Shown one piece after another: positions 1 through 14,021 of a DNA stretch of 47,435 nt. The stretch comes from Chiloscyllium plagiosum. Taxonomy: Eukaryota. The DNA lies in the NCBI RefSeq assembly GCF_004010195.1, contig NC_057719.1:41809674-41857108 (forward strand), in the 5' to 3' direction. The notes beneath the pieces were generated by a model, which saw only the letters and a list, made by a program, of their open reading frames with translations, had not been told where the DNA came from and did not search any database. Within the stretch, counting starts at the first letter, position 1; every line of letters starts with the position of its first letter. The position numbers and the translations under genes are program-made.

Positions 1-141
1 CACTCTCTGCTCATTCCTGCAGAAGGGCCTGTGCCCGAAACGTCGAATCTCCTGTTCCCTGGATGCTGCCTGACCTGCTGTGCTGTTCCAGCAATAAAGT
101 TTCAACTTTGATCTCCAGCATCTGCAGACCTCACTTTCTCC
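1..141 (+). mobile_element. Penelope-like element terminus (with hammerhead-like motif and terminal tail)
   Basis: Shares the sequence ...gaaacgtcga...ggatgctgcctgacctgctgtgc...ccagcatctgcag..ctcactttctcc with the PLE ends at 22378-22510, 24380-24475 and 38655-38760. Confidence 0.8.
13..48 (+). ncRNA. Degenerate minimal hammerhead ribozyme motif
   Basis: ATTC-CTGCAGA-A-GGGC(ctgt)GCCC-GAAA-C-GTC-GAAT. Helix I (ATTC/GAAT) and helix II are intact; the core A6 position is C. Confidence 0.6.
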
Positions 142-299
142 GAGAAAAGAAAAGAAAAGTAAATAAATAAATAAACAGGAGTGTCGTCTGTCACTAGCCA
201 TTCTGGTGTTTCATTTCTTCCTGATGGTGGAATATTAATCAAGATTTATGCACTTGTTTGGTCTTCACTGTGCCCTACACCAACAAAAAAACAAACAAG

Positions 300-427
300 T
301 GTGTCAGAGATTCTGTTCACTCCGACAGCTGGCGCTGACAGAGCTAGTTCAGTGTCAAGGACTTTCCATGTATAAATAAAGGGTGACTTGGTGACAGGAT
401 ACCAGCCTCTGTGTGGAGTTATTTGAA
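300..427 (+). mobile_element. Probable LTR-retrotransposon LTR remnant (Gypsy-like)
   Basis: gtataaataaagggtgacttggtgacaggataccagcctctgtg..gagttattt resembles, from memory, a recurrent shark LTR 3' part with AATAAA. No partner LTR or target-site duplication seen. Confidence 0.35.
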
Positions 428-499
428 TAATAGCGCAAGAGAAGGTATCAGTCCTTGAGGTGTGAGCACACCCACAGTGCAGCTAGAAAAGAAGTTTCA

Positions 500-1135
500 T
501 GAATTTGACCCAGTGACCATAATCAAATAGTGATATAGTTCCAAGTCAGGATGGTGAGTGGCTTGGAGGAAAACATTTAGATTGAGGTGTTCCCACGTAT
601 CTGCTCCTCTTGTCCTCCTAAGTAATAAAGGTCACGGGTTTGGAAGATATTGTTACAGGAGGCTTGGTAGATTACTGAGTGCAAGTTGCTGCCATTGTGC
701 ATCAGTGGTGAAGGAAGTGACTTTTGAATGTAGTGGATGGGGCGGGAATCACATAGAATGCTTTGTCCCAGATGATGTCAGGATTTTTGTAAGAACTGCA
801 CTAATCAAACAAATGGAGAGTTTTCCCATAGATTCCAGATTTGTGCTTTTTAAATGATGAACAAAGATTAGAAAGGAAGGAGGTCAGTTATGCACCACAT
901 AATTCCTGGCCTCTGCCTTGATCTTGTAGCCACAGTATTTGTATGACTGGTCATGTTCAGTTTCTGGTCAAAGGTAAGCCTCAGGATGTTGATAGTAAGG
1001 GATTCAGCAATGGTAATGTTATTTAATGTCAATGGGCAATGGTCAGGTTCTTTCTTATTGGACATGGTCATTACCTGGCATTTGTGTTGGCATAAAATTA
1101 CCTGACACTTATCAGTCCAACTTGGATGCTGTCCA
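500..1135 (-). mobile_element. Degraded non-LTR retrotransposon (CR1/L2 group) RT C-terminal fragment
   Basis: ORF 868-1071 reads ...INILRLTFDQKLNMTSHTNTVATRSRQRPGIM, which fits the LG(V)T.D.KL.W..HI..V motif after the RT domain. Confidence 0.6.
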
Positions 1136-3182
1136 GCTCTTGTTGTATTGTGGGGAGATGGTGGTAGAGTGGACTATTAGTATAGAGGTCCAACACATGC
1201 ATAGGAATCATGGGCTCAAATCTCACTATGACAGCTAGAGATTCAATTTGGTTAATACCTATGGAACTAAAAGCTAGTAATGGCGATTACTGGGCCAGCA
1301 TCCTGGAATTCCCTCCTTAATGACATTGTGGGTCTGCCAACAGCACATAGACCATAATAGTTCAATAAATCAATTCACCACCACAGTCTGAAAGGCAGCT
1401 TGGTACGGGCAATAAATGCTGTCCAGCCAGCAACATCGATGGCCCACAAGCAAATAGTAGTGTAATTCATGGCCACTGATTGTAACCTGAAGTTGCTACA
1501 TGAAGAAACTTCTGATATTATTCAATTTCTCTTAAGTCTGTTATATCCTATAGTTTCTCATTTAAAGTTCCATCTTTCAACACTAAAAGAATATTTATCT
1601 TAGATTATTATAACATTAAATTATATGTTCGCAATTTTATTTCAATTGCTAATAACTACTGATATGCAGCCAGTTTCTGCTCTGGCCAGTTGATTTCCTA
1701 CTTCACAATTGCATTTTTTTTCTGGATGTAAGGTCAGATTTGGTGTCCCTGAGGCACCAGTTGGGATTAAAGTGGATTCCTGGTAAACCGAAGGGAAATA
1801 TTGATTTGTTTGATTGTCATGAATCAGTGTCTCAGCCTTGGGAGTGCTCTGTTGGTAATTCTAATATATTCAACACACAATGTTAATTTGGAGGTAGTGC
1901 ATGAATAAAATGATAAAATATCAACAATCATGAGAAATTCCTGAATAGGGGATGTATCATGATATTAATGCCAAGGCAATAATTTGAAACAAAGCCTTTA
2001 CAGAATATTGCCGCAATGAGTTTCTTCAGAAATCTATATGAAAGTTTTCAATGTTTTCAATGACTTGTTTCTATATCATAAAGCTCATGTGTATACTTGA
2101 ATTTTTAAGACCATGCCAGATTTACTCAGGTATGAACCTGTATATCATTGCTCATTACACCATTGGACGTCACGTTTACAATTTATCTTGATTTCTGGTT
2201 TCCTGAAGGAACAACTCTTCTATCCAGAGATAAACTGACTGGTTGTTTACAGATTCCCTATTCCTCCTTGTCCTGCCACCATAATAAAATGCTGCCTGAT
2301 TAATCTATTGCGTGGAGCTTTTGGCAACCTAACAATGCTCATTTCTGCTTGCTAAAGGCATATTCTATTACCAAACTGAGGATTTTAGAAATTAAAAATG
2401 CATGTTGAATCTGAAAAGCTATTTTTTAATATATGCCAAAGTTAACTGTATTAAAGAATCAATATGGAAATTATTAATTTAAGTGTAAGACCCACAGACT
2501 GTTTAGAACATGAATGTCTGCTTTCAGTCTGGCCACTTGCAAATCACAAAAACTTTTCAATGATACATATATGCCAGGTTCCGTTAGTTCCTTTACAAAA
2601 CCTCATGATAAACCAGTTAAACTGACTTATCCTTAACATATACAAAGTGCCTGTCAGTCAGCTACAGATAATTGTTTCCAACAATAAACTCAGAAACCTT
2701 GTATTGTATTTCCCTTCATCTATGCTACTTAGGACCTTAGGAGGTAGCAGATAAAATTAATTTGAAAGGTAGTCAGGAGTCTTCCATTGGGCTGGAGACA
2801 AAGGTTCATTTCCCTATGAATGCTGAAGGTTTGCCGTTACTGTAAGTTCTCACACCATTCAGGGTAGGTCGTATTTCCATGAACCTGGTTTGCATTCACG
2901 GTCTGTCATGTATGTTCATTAACACTCCAACCTGTTGGAATTGTGTGCATGGGCTTATTCCTCTGGCAAAAATGGAAAGCATGCTCGTTAGCTCGACTCT
3001 ATACATGAGGCGTACCTGGCTGTGGAGATTTCTTCCTCCAAGTTCCATTGAGTACAAGCTTCTTCCATTACTTGACTCCTTCACAACCAAACTGTTTTTT
3101 GTATATATGCTTACAATGTTACGGCTGAAGTCCATCTGCATCAATCAGACTGGGAGAAAGTCAATCACATGCAGTCTTGTTT

Positions 3183-3493
3183 GATTAGATTAGATTAGAT
3201 TACTTATAGTGTGGAAACAGGCCCTTCAGCCCAACAAGTCCACACCGACCCGCCGAAGCAAAACCCACTCAGACATTTACCCTTCGCCTAACACTACAGG
3301 CAATTTAGCATTGCCAATTCACCTGACCTGCACATTTTTGGATTGTGGGAGGAAACCGGAGCACACAGAGGATACCCACGCAGACACGGGGAGAATGTGC
3401 AAACTCCACACAGAGAGTCGCCTGAGGCGGGAATTGAACCTGGGTCTCTGGCGCTGTGAGGCAGCAGTGCTAACCACTGTGCAACCATGCCGC
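3183..3493 (-). mobile_element. HE1/V-SINE-type tRNA-derived SINE, full length
   Basis: On the minus strand: GCGGCATGGTTGCACAGTGGTTAGC (A box), GGTTCAATTCCC (B box), central domain TGTGTGGAGTTTGCACATTCTCCCCGTGTCTGCGTGGG, and a (TCTAA)n tail. Similar to 26269-26592. Confidence 0.9.
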
Positions 3494-5114
3494 TATTGTT
3501 AAGTACTGACAATGTCAGGATTAAAGCATGACTGCATCAAGGGAGGCAGTCACAGTGACCTGACTGGGCAAGGTGCTGAACTCAAAAGGGGCTTCTCTTT
3601 GTGTTTGTACCCTTGTTCTATGCAGGCCTTTCGTGAAAACTATCAGATGTGTACATTATCTTAGTTGTGGCTTGATGGTGAGTGAGCTGCTAAGTGTTGT
3701 CGTTTATGTTGTAAGGATAAACCCTGGAAAATGTGTGAAAGGCAATACTGTACCACTGTGGTGCCAATAGTGCTAATTTGTAAGGAAGTGACAGATGTGG
3801 ATTGCATATGAAGTGTCTAATGAAGATGCTTGGCATCACCCTCCTGAGGGAGAATCCTCTATAGTGGAACATTAGAATGCTAACTTATAGGGGCATTGAA
3901 GCACAGAGGGAGACTACAGCATGAATCCTGACAAAGAGCAACAGATTATTCATCCAATCATGGCACTGGAGTCAAGTTCTCTTGAGATGCCAGAAATGCT
4001 AAACTCTGCAACATTTCTGGCCTTCATCAGGCTGGATGGTCTTTTGTTGCCCTCCATTTGGAAAATAATCTCTTCTGGGCAGTCCTCAGGAAAATCTTTG
4101 GGGAGACATCACAGAACTAGGAGGTTAGTTTTTACCTGATCTCTGCCATCTCCCCGGGTGAGGGAGTTATTGAGCAGAAGATGATTAGTGCTCCTACGTC
4201 GCAAAGAGTAAAATGTTGTTCGGTTGTCTTTTAAATATAGCACCAGGTGTTGGAGCCCAGAAGGTTCTGGAGATCTTCAGAACTGCCTGCCAATAAAATT
4301 TGGCCTTTTATCACAAATGCATATGTTATGGGGGCTGAGAAAAATGTTAATCCTGTGGGAAGATCCAGGCAACTATTAAGTCAGAGCCTTCCCACTTCTG
4401 GGCATGGTTCCACACTTGGTCTGAAAGAAGAAAATTCTCATTATCTAACCAACAATTGAAACTTTCTGTTTGTAATGCAAAATAATACTCACAATGCAAG
4501 TTGGACCTGGACAGAAAAGAAAATAAATTGTTGATAAATGAAATTTCCTAACCCACATGATCTGCTAAAATTTAGGCTGATACCTGTATGGTTGAATTTT
4601 AGCCAGCCACTGTTCCTTGTTTCATATTCTGTACTGCGATATTTATAAAAGGTTATAATTGTTTCTCTTATGACTTGAGTACATGATTCATTTATTGAAG
4701 ATGATGGTAGGAGACCAATTTGTCTGTTTCAACTGTCTAACTGTTACCTAGGTCATGACAGGTGAATTTGCCCTGTGCACCTTAAGCTACAGTAGTGAGT
4801 TTCTGACTATAGGTGCAGCTCCTCATGATTATCAGGTTAATGCATACAATACGTATGTCATCCAAAAATAGCCATTCAATATTACAAAATTTCAACTGAC
4901 AGTTTGTGGTTTAATTAACATTTTCCCATTGAAAATATTAATTATGAGATATTGATGCATATAGTCAGTGTAAAGACCACTCTATACATTTTCTTTCATT
5001 TAATAAATAATATAGTCCAATATCCTCAAAAATACTGTTTTATTAAATGTGCACTAAATATTTTCTCTGAAAGTCATGTAACGTTGCAACTCTCCACCTC
5101 AGAAGGTAATGCAA

Positions 5115-5331
5115 GTGGAACAGACCCTTCGGTCCAACCCGTCCATGNNNNNNNNNNNNNNNNNNNNNNNNNNNNNNNNNNNNNNAAAAGACTTTGTCTA
5201 TTTATCCTATCCATGCCCCTCATCATTTTGTAAACCTCTATAAGGTCACCCCTCAGCCTCCGATGCTCCAGGGAAAACAGCCCCAGCCTGTTCAGCCTCT
5301 CCCTATAGCTCAAATCCTCCAACCCTGGCAA
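5115..5331 (-). mobile_element. CR1 LINE 3' fragment (spans assembly gap 5148-5185)
   Basis: [38 protein letters not shown] is the typical CR1 ORF2 C-terminus. Confidence 0.9.
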
Positions 5332-6489
5332 CGAGTCATTAAAGTTTTTTTTTCAGTAGAGTTATATAGATTCACTGGAGTGCCAGTCCATGATCAGATG
5401 ATTGCATTCCATCCTTATACACTGCTTTACGCTTTAAAAATATCTAAGTCAAATTCTATGTTGCAAAATGGTGGAGTTTCACTTCTGCTTCCTTGCTTCA
5501 GTTTTTGTTGATTAGAAAAATAGTCAGCTTGTGCCTGCAGATAATGTTGATGCCTAAAAAAAAGATAGTAGTGATGTCATGTGCTTTTATTTTAATACTG
5601 TTTTTGAGAAGCAAGAGGGTGACATTCACTAATGTCTGAACAGCGGAAACGCCATTTTGACATCGAATTGTGATTGTAACTGTATTTTGCTTTAGGAATG
5701 TATTTGCATATTGGAGGTTTCTCTCGGCATCTTTAAAATTACCAATTGCTAAACCAGATCAGCTGTGGCCTTTTAAGAGATAGAATACTCACAAATGTTT
5801 GTAGCTTTAATAAACTTGTAGCATTCAGTCTTGACTGCTAGATATGAACTTTAGCTCTGAACTCAGGCATTTAATGAGTAATTATTAGGAAAAGAACTTC
5901 TCACAACTGCCTCTGCGTTATGTTCTTTGAGCCTTCAGTAAAGATTTACTGTCACTAGCTTTTAATGTCTGTTTGCTGCCATTGTCTTTTAGACTTGACT
6001 TACTATTTATATGACTACAGTTTTCTATTTGTTAGCCTATGTGATGTATATCACAAAGAGTCATGTTCATATTCAGTCAGATATCTGAATGTTTATTGTC
6101 AACAACTAACTACATACACTAATATAACATATCAGATGTACTTGTGCACTCTAGATGTCATGATTACTTACATTACTACTATAGGCTGAATCTCATGTTT
6201 TTTTTGACTAAATCTGAATTGCATTGAGTTTTTTGAGTGATTTCTCACCCAAAGACCTCTCACTCCGAGATTTCTCACTTTATCTCACCAAATTCATCTC
6301 ATTAATTACCACCATACCCATGGCCTCTGTCACGTCTGATTTTAGCCCCATATTACCATGTACCTTTCTCACAACAACTCACCACTTGGCCGATATTGCT
6401 GAAAGACCAGTGTTCCTTGGATGCACACCATCTTTAAAAGGTTGCTTTATACCCAGAGAAGCACGAGCATTCCAAGGCTGCAGACAGAA

Positions 6490-6992
6490 TATGGCAGAGA
6501 AGGAGAAGATGGTACCACAATTCTCAGGCAGTGGCCTGGAGGTCTTGGAAGAATCACAGAATTCCTAAAATGCACAAAGAGGCCATCGAGTCTGCACCAC
6601 CCCACTGAACAGTATCCTACCCAGAGATACCCCACCCCTGTAACCCTGCATGGGCTTTTTAAACCATGTATAACTCAGCTAACCTGCACACCCCTGGATA
6701 CTATGGGGCATTTTTTTTAATATGGCCAATCCACCTGACCTGCTGTGGGAGGAAACCAGAGCACCTGGAGGAAACCCAACAGACACAGGGTGAACGTGAA
6801 AACTCAACACAGTCAGTCACCAAGACTGGAATCAAATCCGGGTCTCTGCTAACCATACTGCCACCCCTGGATGAGATGGTACTGAGGAAAAGAGTCTTTA
6901 TCTCAGAGGACACCACACAACCAGACCTGGCAGAAGAATGGCCAGCAGTACCACCGGAAGATCAATGGTCTTCTCTGTTCTGCTAAAGTTAG
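6490..6992 (+). mobile_element. PIF/Harbinger Myb/SANT-like ORF remnant interrupted by a SINE
   Basis: MAEKEKMVPQFSGSGLEVL (6490-6550) resumes after the SINE as LDEMVLRKRVF..., then (frameshifted) QYHRKINGLLCSAK|gttagt. This fits the R.P.FS...LE.L...V......LF / QCRK..NDL pattern of Harbinger Myb-like proteins. Confidence 0.5.
6550..6866 (-). mobile_element. HE1/V-SINE-type SINE, degraded
   Basis: tgtgggaggaaaccagagcacctggaggaaaccca...gctaaccatactgccacc is homologous to 3183-3493. Confidence 0.8.
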
Positions 6993-9900
6993 TACCGCAC
7001 ACTTGGCTCTGCCAGCTCACATTCAATCTCTGCTATTGCACCTGTCTCCTATGTATGCATGCTGTACATTGCCTGGGCTTGTGACCAATGTTCTACCCTA
7101 TTAAAAACTCAATGGTCAGCATTTGCTGCAGGCCAGTCCTTCACTGGTTGAGTCACTTATCCCACCCAGTCAGAGTGTGCTCGCTGCCATTTTCTTCCAC
7201 ACTGTGCACTTTTGATTTCCAGCATGATGGAAGGTGTCAGTGAGTCCGTGTCTTCCAGCCTCAGCCTGAACATATTAGTTAGCCTCCAAATGTCCACATT
7301 CCCTTCTTAGTAGCCCCTTCCATTAACCCTACAGGCTTCACAGCTCATGTTCCCCCCCAACTTGTCTATATACCAGCCTACCTTTCCATCCATGCCCTGG
7401 TATATGAGGTGACTATGCCTGGTAAGGTCATTCTGATTCTTGCCCTTGAAGCCAGGCTGCTCCTGCCATGGATTGCCCCATCCCCCTGACATTATGCTTT
7501 TCCCAGTCATGTTTTACCATATCCCACTTATTGCAAATCCTGCTGCTCCCTCCATCCTTCACAATTGTACTCCACACTCCCCCAAACATGAAGGTCCCAG
7601 TGGCTGGACAGGAACTTAATGAGGCTCAGTCCCATGCACTTGCATCCCTCCTCACCCTACTTTCTGTGGATGAACCCAACAGACTGACCACGGTCCACAT
7701 CATCGACTAATATAAGTGGACAGCCCTGCGCAAAACACACACAAACCTCTGACTGTTGCCTGTACATCTTCTCGACAGCATTAACTCTTACACAAGACTG
7801 TCGCTTGGATTTAAAGGATGACCATACCCCGCTCCTTGGATCCTGACCTACAAAGACCTCACTGGATGCCTGACGATGGCCAATGCCCTTGACTTACTGT
7901 GCTAGGACCTCCTGACTGACAAGTACGTCCATAGACTTCATTGACAACATTCCTCTTAGAGTTGGATGTCTAGCTGCTTACATTCTGCACACGCAACACA
8001 TTTGCCACATCAGCTGGTAGCACTGCAGCAAGTGTGCGATTGATGTAGCACTGTGCTGTTCTACATAATTTACACCTCGTGGACTGAGGGCTCCTTAGCA
8101 GCAAGGCAAGCTAAGTGATTTTGTGACTGCACTAATTGATACGGCAAGGTAAAGGCAGGGACACTGTGAGCAAGCCGGTCAGTGCTAAATGTACAAGTCC
8201 TAAAATAGCAAGCAAGCAACTGCAAAATGCTGCCTGATCCAGTCTGCAAGCTGGATGCCTGTACGTAAAACGTCCCTGCAGCAGTCTTTCAATGTTAGTT
8301 GCCTTTGCAGCCTGCCTTTCCAGAGCACACTACCAGTACATCAAGAGGAGTCGGGTATCTTGAGAGATTGGCAGATGCCAAATGCCATTGTCCATGGAGA
8401 TTGATCTGTTGACCATGTCCAGAGCTGCAGTTTGATCATAGGCAACATAAACGTTACTTGGAGCAAGTGGCAAATGGAATTCCCCTGGAAAACACTGTGG
8501 TTTTGTTGCCAGGTTTTCCTGACACCGACATGTGAATAGCATTTGGTGAGATGGCAGACTGAATGTTAATGAGGTGAGTTGGGCTGTTGACAAAGCATTT
8601 TACAAGCAATAATCAGTGTCAATTGGCATCTCACTGCTGTGTCGCCACAAGAATCTTGTCATGCTGCTTGGACAGAGCTGAAAAAATGGTGTGGGTTGCT
8701 CTCTATGTCAAAATGGGCCTTGTCACATTCTGCCACACATTGCTCAGATCCATATCAGATCCTGTTCTATATTACTCACACAGCTGAGGAGCTGGCTGGA
8801 TGTTTGCTGAGTACTAACAGACTGGCTGACAGGTAAGTGTAAGATGGAGATCTCATACTACAGTATTGCACACAGTGATATCATCTAGCTATCTTTGAAG
8901 GTGTAGTGCATTTCTGAGATCTGTGCAATTAAACAAATGTAACCTTACGTGGATAGATGTCTAATTTTGTTTGATGCGGTTTTGCAATTTATTAAAACTA
9001 TATTAAATGCACAATGTAAATGCCAATTATTGAACTCTGCATTTAAATTTAAAAAAAAGAATTGCATTCATGTATCACCTTTAATTCAGAAAAATGCCCC
9101 ACTTTACACAATTGTAATCAAACATCATCACAGTAGATCTTAGAAACAGTGACTGACAATTTAGTTAAAGTGATGAGTTGAAGGAGGATCTAAAAGATAG
9201 ATAGGGAATTGAAGATTGTAGAAGTTGTGAAAGGAATACCTAGAACTTAGGGTACAGGCACTAAAGGCACAACTGCCAATCTGATTCACTTGGGAATATG
9301 CTGGGGTAGCAATGACAACTAGATAGTGCAGTGACCAGTAAGTGCGAGGGTCAAGACACAGATGGACAACTTTCAGACATTTATTTACAGATGAAAGTTG
9401 GAGTTAGAAAAATATAGAGAGCTTGCGGCTGTGCATGATTTCTGTATACAAAGAACAACTGTTCCAGTTAAGGTGAGCTGCAATAGCAGTATTTATGTAG
9501 GAACAAAGAAATAAGCATGAGCATGGCTACAGCTGTACAAATGGCAGGAGAATAACTTCGAAGTGTTGAGACCTCCACTGCAGAAATAGAACAAAGTCAG
9601 GCACCAGCAAACATAGACAGCAACAATTATGGTAGATGACTGGAAGAACAATCAGAACACTTAACCCCTTCACCTCTGCTTTGATCTCTAATTGTGGTAC
9701 TGTATTCCATAATCTCTCTTTCCACCAAGAAGATACTCCTTAAAAATCTATCTTTGACCAAATGTTTAGTCACATGCCTGCATGTCACATTCAGTGTCTC
9801 AGTCTCAAATTTTGTGAACTGCCGTGGGACATTTTACTATATTAAAGCCACTATATGAATGGAAGGTATTGTTGGAATTTACATTTTAGTCATGAAAAGT

Positions 9901-11110
9901 GCAACCAAGGCCTTTTAGATGTTTGTTTTTAAGGGTGAGCTGATAACAAACAGAAAAAGTACTAATAAAATTGTATGGTGGCATAGCACATCGAATAATC
10001 AAGCAATCATGTCAGAGTTTGCAAGTTTACCCTTGTGGTTCCCATATGGCAGATGTGTCTTTTTTCCTATATTTTGTAGGCACAGGGGAAGCATAAAGAC
10101 ACTGTAGCCAGCTATATTCTGACTGACAGTTAAAAACAGTTATTAAGTAGCAGCAGAAATCAAAGTGTGCATTTGTTCCCATAAGGGGAAGAAACTATAG
10201 CACAGATGTAAACAAGCATATGAATGAATTTAATTTTACACAGGTTTTCAGCATAGGACACTGTAATCAAGGTTAAAGAATTGACATTAATAACAAGGAT
10301 CCTTTTTTTTATGAGCAACATATGGTACAATAAAGTCTGTCGCTTTATACCACTAAGCTTCCAATTGCTGTTGTTCATTTTATTAGCAGAAGAGAGGCAA
10401 TTGATTTAAGGTAAAACATTCAGTGGTGCAAGATAGCAGCTGCTTCTAAGGAACCGTCATTATCATTTTCTAAACATTGCAGATGAGATTTTCAAGTACG
10501 AAAGCAATGCATTGTCATGAGAAAGAATATTCAAGTTTCACAGAGTTTAACTCCAAACAATATTGACATGTTGAATATGAAATTCATTACCAACTGCGAT
10601 CAAAGTGGGCATAATTTATCAATTCATTCATTTGCTTTCAGTACAATATTTCATAGAAGTGGGAATATGCTGAACCATGTGAGATATAACTGGCTGGAAA
10701 TTCTTTTCCTCCATTATTTTTATGCATTACCAAGTTTATCTTTATCACATGAAATTTCTTGTATGCTATTTAGCTTGCTACTGTAAAACAGGATAGTTTT
10801 GTTCTTAGCAACAACTTTACATTTTGAAGTTCAAGAATGAGCAGGAGAAGTTTTAATTTTAACTTAGCTCTACAGCAGTCATCACCTTTTGTGCAGTAAC
10901 ATCTTATAAAATCATTACATTTTATGGACTAAGGTTTATTAGGCACTGAAAGAACAATATCTACAGTAAGACGTAGTTGTTATTTATGTAAGTAATTATT
11001 ACGACGGAGAGTATCCTGTTTTACAGTATTTTTTCCCCTTGACATAGAACATGCAGCATTGATTTATACCAGGCAGAGTCATCTTTCTACAATATGCACT
11101 ATAATTGGAC

Positions 11111-11332
<222 letters not shown>

Positions 11333-11493
11333 CTAACTTATACATGCCGTCCTTTTCACTTTTGAACGTAACCTGCACAAAGTCTATTTAACAGTAACTT
11401 AAATTCTGCAATTCAGAAAGGATCTGGTTAATGTGACAGCAAGGGAGAATTTGACTGGTACTATCCTAACTTAATTCAAAAAGTCATTTTGAG

Positions 11494-11668
11494 AAAACTA
11501 AAGATCTTTGGATGCTGGAAATCTGAAATAAAAACAGAAAGCACTGGAGCAACTCAGCAGGTCTGGTAACATCGGTGGAGGGAAAGCAGAACTCAAAACA
11601 TTAACTCTGCTTTCTCTCCACAGGTCTGCCAGATCTGTTGAGGTCTGTCAGCAATTTCTGTTTTTGCA
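11494..11668. mobile_element. Fold-back mini-element made of inverted PLE-like termini
   Basis: Arms aaaacagaaa..ctggagcaactcagcaggtctgg..catcggtggagggaaagcaga and tctgctttctctccacag..ctgccagatctgttgag..cagcaatttctgttttt are reverse complements. Flanked by the direct repeat TCATTTTGAG (11484-11493, 11669-11678). Confidence 0.7.
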
Positions 11669-12690
11669 TCATTTTGAGTAAACAGATTGTATTCACACAA
11701 TAGAAACATTTTTGCAGATTATCAAAATCTTTTTTAATTCATGTATAAATGCATTTTTTTATAAATATACATTTCTGACATCATATAAATAATCTGACTG
11801 CTAACGCAATGGACAATGCCTCAATTGTTGATTTGTAAATCAGATGGGTCTGACTGCACCTCTTAGGAGTTGTTATTTTTGTCAAGAAACTTTGTTCAGA
11901 AATGTCTAATTCTGACTTTGGGCGTTGGCATAAAACAACGCAATAGCTGAAAACTGAATGCAGTATTTATTAGATGATCTGATCTGACCTATTTGATACA
12001 ATCACAAAGTCAAAATTAAACCCAGCCGACATAAATTTAACTTTAATGATTTAGTCTGATAAGAAATCCTTTGAAGCTGTTCCTGCAGTGTTATTTCACC
12101 TCAGGGGCAGCACAGAAAGCAGGAAATTTGCTGCACTTCTGAGGGAAAATCCCTGGCTAAGCTATTTGAGAAATTTCCAAACCATACAGTTTTTAAAAAT
12201 GTGGTTGTGGGCTCACACTAACAGATTTCAATATATTCCATAACTGGATTCAATAATATCAAGATACTCACAAAACTGTATGTTTTTTTTGTGAATGGTT
12301 GAGTTCTCAAGATATTTGACTTGAATGTTCCTGTCCCTGAGAGGTGGGAGTAGAGGCACGGAAGCTTATGGAACAGGGACACACGTTGGAATGGTTCCCC
12401 ATTGCAATCCAGCCAATCAGAAAGTTTCCCATGGAGGTGTGCAGCCAATTTGCATGAAGAGCCTCTTCCAGGCCACTTTACATGTCCACCTATCATTTAG
12501 CTAAGGTTGTGGGCATTGGACAGTGGGACTGGACGTACAATGCTCCAGTCCCAATGATCCCCACAGAGGTTTTTTTTTCTCCTAACCATAAAGTCTCCTG
12601 TCCTAGTCTCTTAAGTTTTTAATGTTGCATACCAATTTGAGGGGACCTCCATTTCAATTGGGCCAGCAGCATCAGAAGCTTGCCTATTTG

Positions 12691-12880
12691 GTCCAAAGAT
12701 GTGCAAATTAAGTGGATTGGTCATGGTAAAATTGCCCTGTAATGCCCAGCGATATGCAGTCTAGGTGGATTGGCCATGGTAAATGTGGGGTTACAGGGAA
12801 CGGATGGGGTTCTGGGATTCTCTTAGTGGTCGAGGCAGATTCGATGGGCCAAAAGGCCTTTTCCATGTAGGGATTCTATG
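12691..12880 (+). mobile_element. 5'-truncated HE1/V-SINE-type SINE
   Basis: gtccaaagatgtgca..gtggattggtcatggtaaattgccc...gggattctatg matches the 3' half of the SINE. Confidence 0.7.
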
Positions 12881-13764
12881 TTTCTACTGTCTTTTGCAAT
12901 GGGCTTTCAGGTAACTAAATGTAAGGTTCCTACAATAAAATCTTCACATAGGTTCCACTGTCAGCAAGTGTGGGTTCAGGACCTGCCTCTGATATTAAGG
13001 CTTCTACAAAAACAAATTGTCCGGACAGTTTGCAATTGACATATGTTATAATCGCTCCTCCTTCATTACTTATTTCCCCTCACTGGTAAGAATGGAAGAA
13101 TGTATATAAAGCAATGCTTGAACTCGATATAAGCGTTTGAGACTTATGAAGAGGTAGGCAACATATGACCTTGACTCAGATCATCTGTAATGTCTTTCCT
13201 TGTAAAAGGAAAGTTGAACCTAAGCATCTGTCTGGTTTTACTGCATTACCCACTTTGAACATAAAATCTAAATGATGGTAGTTTAGTAGCAATAGCTCAT
13301 ATTATTATCAGCCACCTGGCTATTGAGTTAAATAGTTGCTCACTATGAATTAGCCATTAGTTAAGAAACAGGCAATGGCTGGTACACTACTTTCTAGCCC
13401 AAGTCCTTCTGTCCATCCAGCTGTCTAATACGTCACTGATTTGATAATCTTTAGTCTGCTTTTAAATTCTAAATCAATTTAATTTTCATCAACAGAAAGA
13501 CCGTGACTTTAAAATGAGCAGGTTTTTCCTTAATTAAAAAGTGACTGACCATCTGTATAAACTGCAATTTATTATATTTAAATAGGAAATGGTTGTCATT
13601 GTCATGAGTTCTTCCATGGAAAAGCAAGCCAACTAATGACAAGAGGACTTTACCCTCAGTTGCCAACCTACTTTTTAGATGGCCTTCTTTACAAATAAAG
13701 TTTGGTGTTTTGTGGACCACATTGACGATCACAGTATGTTAATTTAATATTTTTGATAAAGAAC

Positions 13765-14020
13765 CCCACTGTGGCAGATGGTAAAATTTGAATTCAATAA
13801 AAATCTGGTTTAATGGCAACCATGTAACCACAGTCAATTGCTGTAAGGACCCATCTGGTTCACTAATGTACTTTAGAAAAGGAAAATCAGCCTTACCCGG
13901 TCTGACCTACATTTGACTCCAGACCCACAGCAACGTGGCTGACACTTAACTGCCCTCTGCACAATTAGGAATGGACAATAAACGCTGACTTAGCCAGCAA
14001 TGTCCACATTTCTAAAAAAA
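13765..14020 (+). mobile_element. Second shark SINE-like repeat family (3' part)
   Basis: gaattcaataaaaatctgg...ccatctggttcactaatg...gactccagacccacagcaa...aactgccct...caataaa is homologous to 25711-26049. Confidence 0.7.
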
Positions 14021-14021
14021 A

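Noticed and set aside
2879..3184. Overlapping 101-aa and 82-aa ORFs with a donor-like CAG|gtacgc on the minus strand
   Set aside because: No recognisable homology, weak acceptor and no compatible neighbouring exons.
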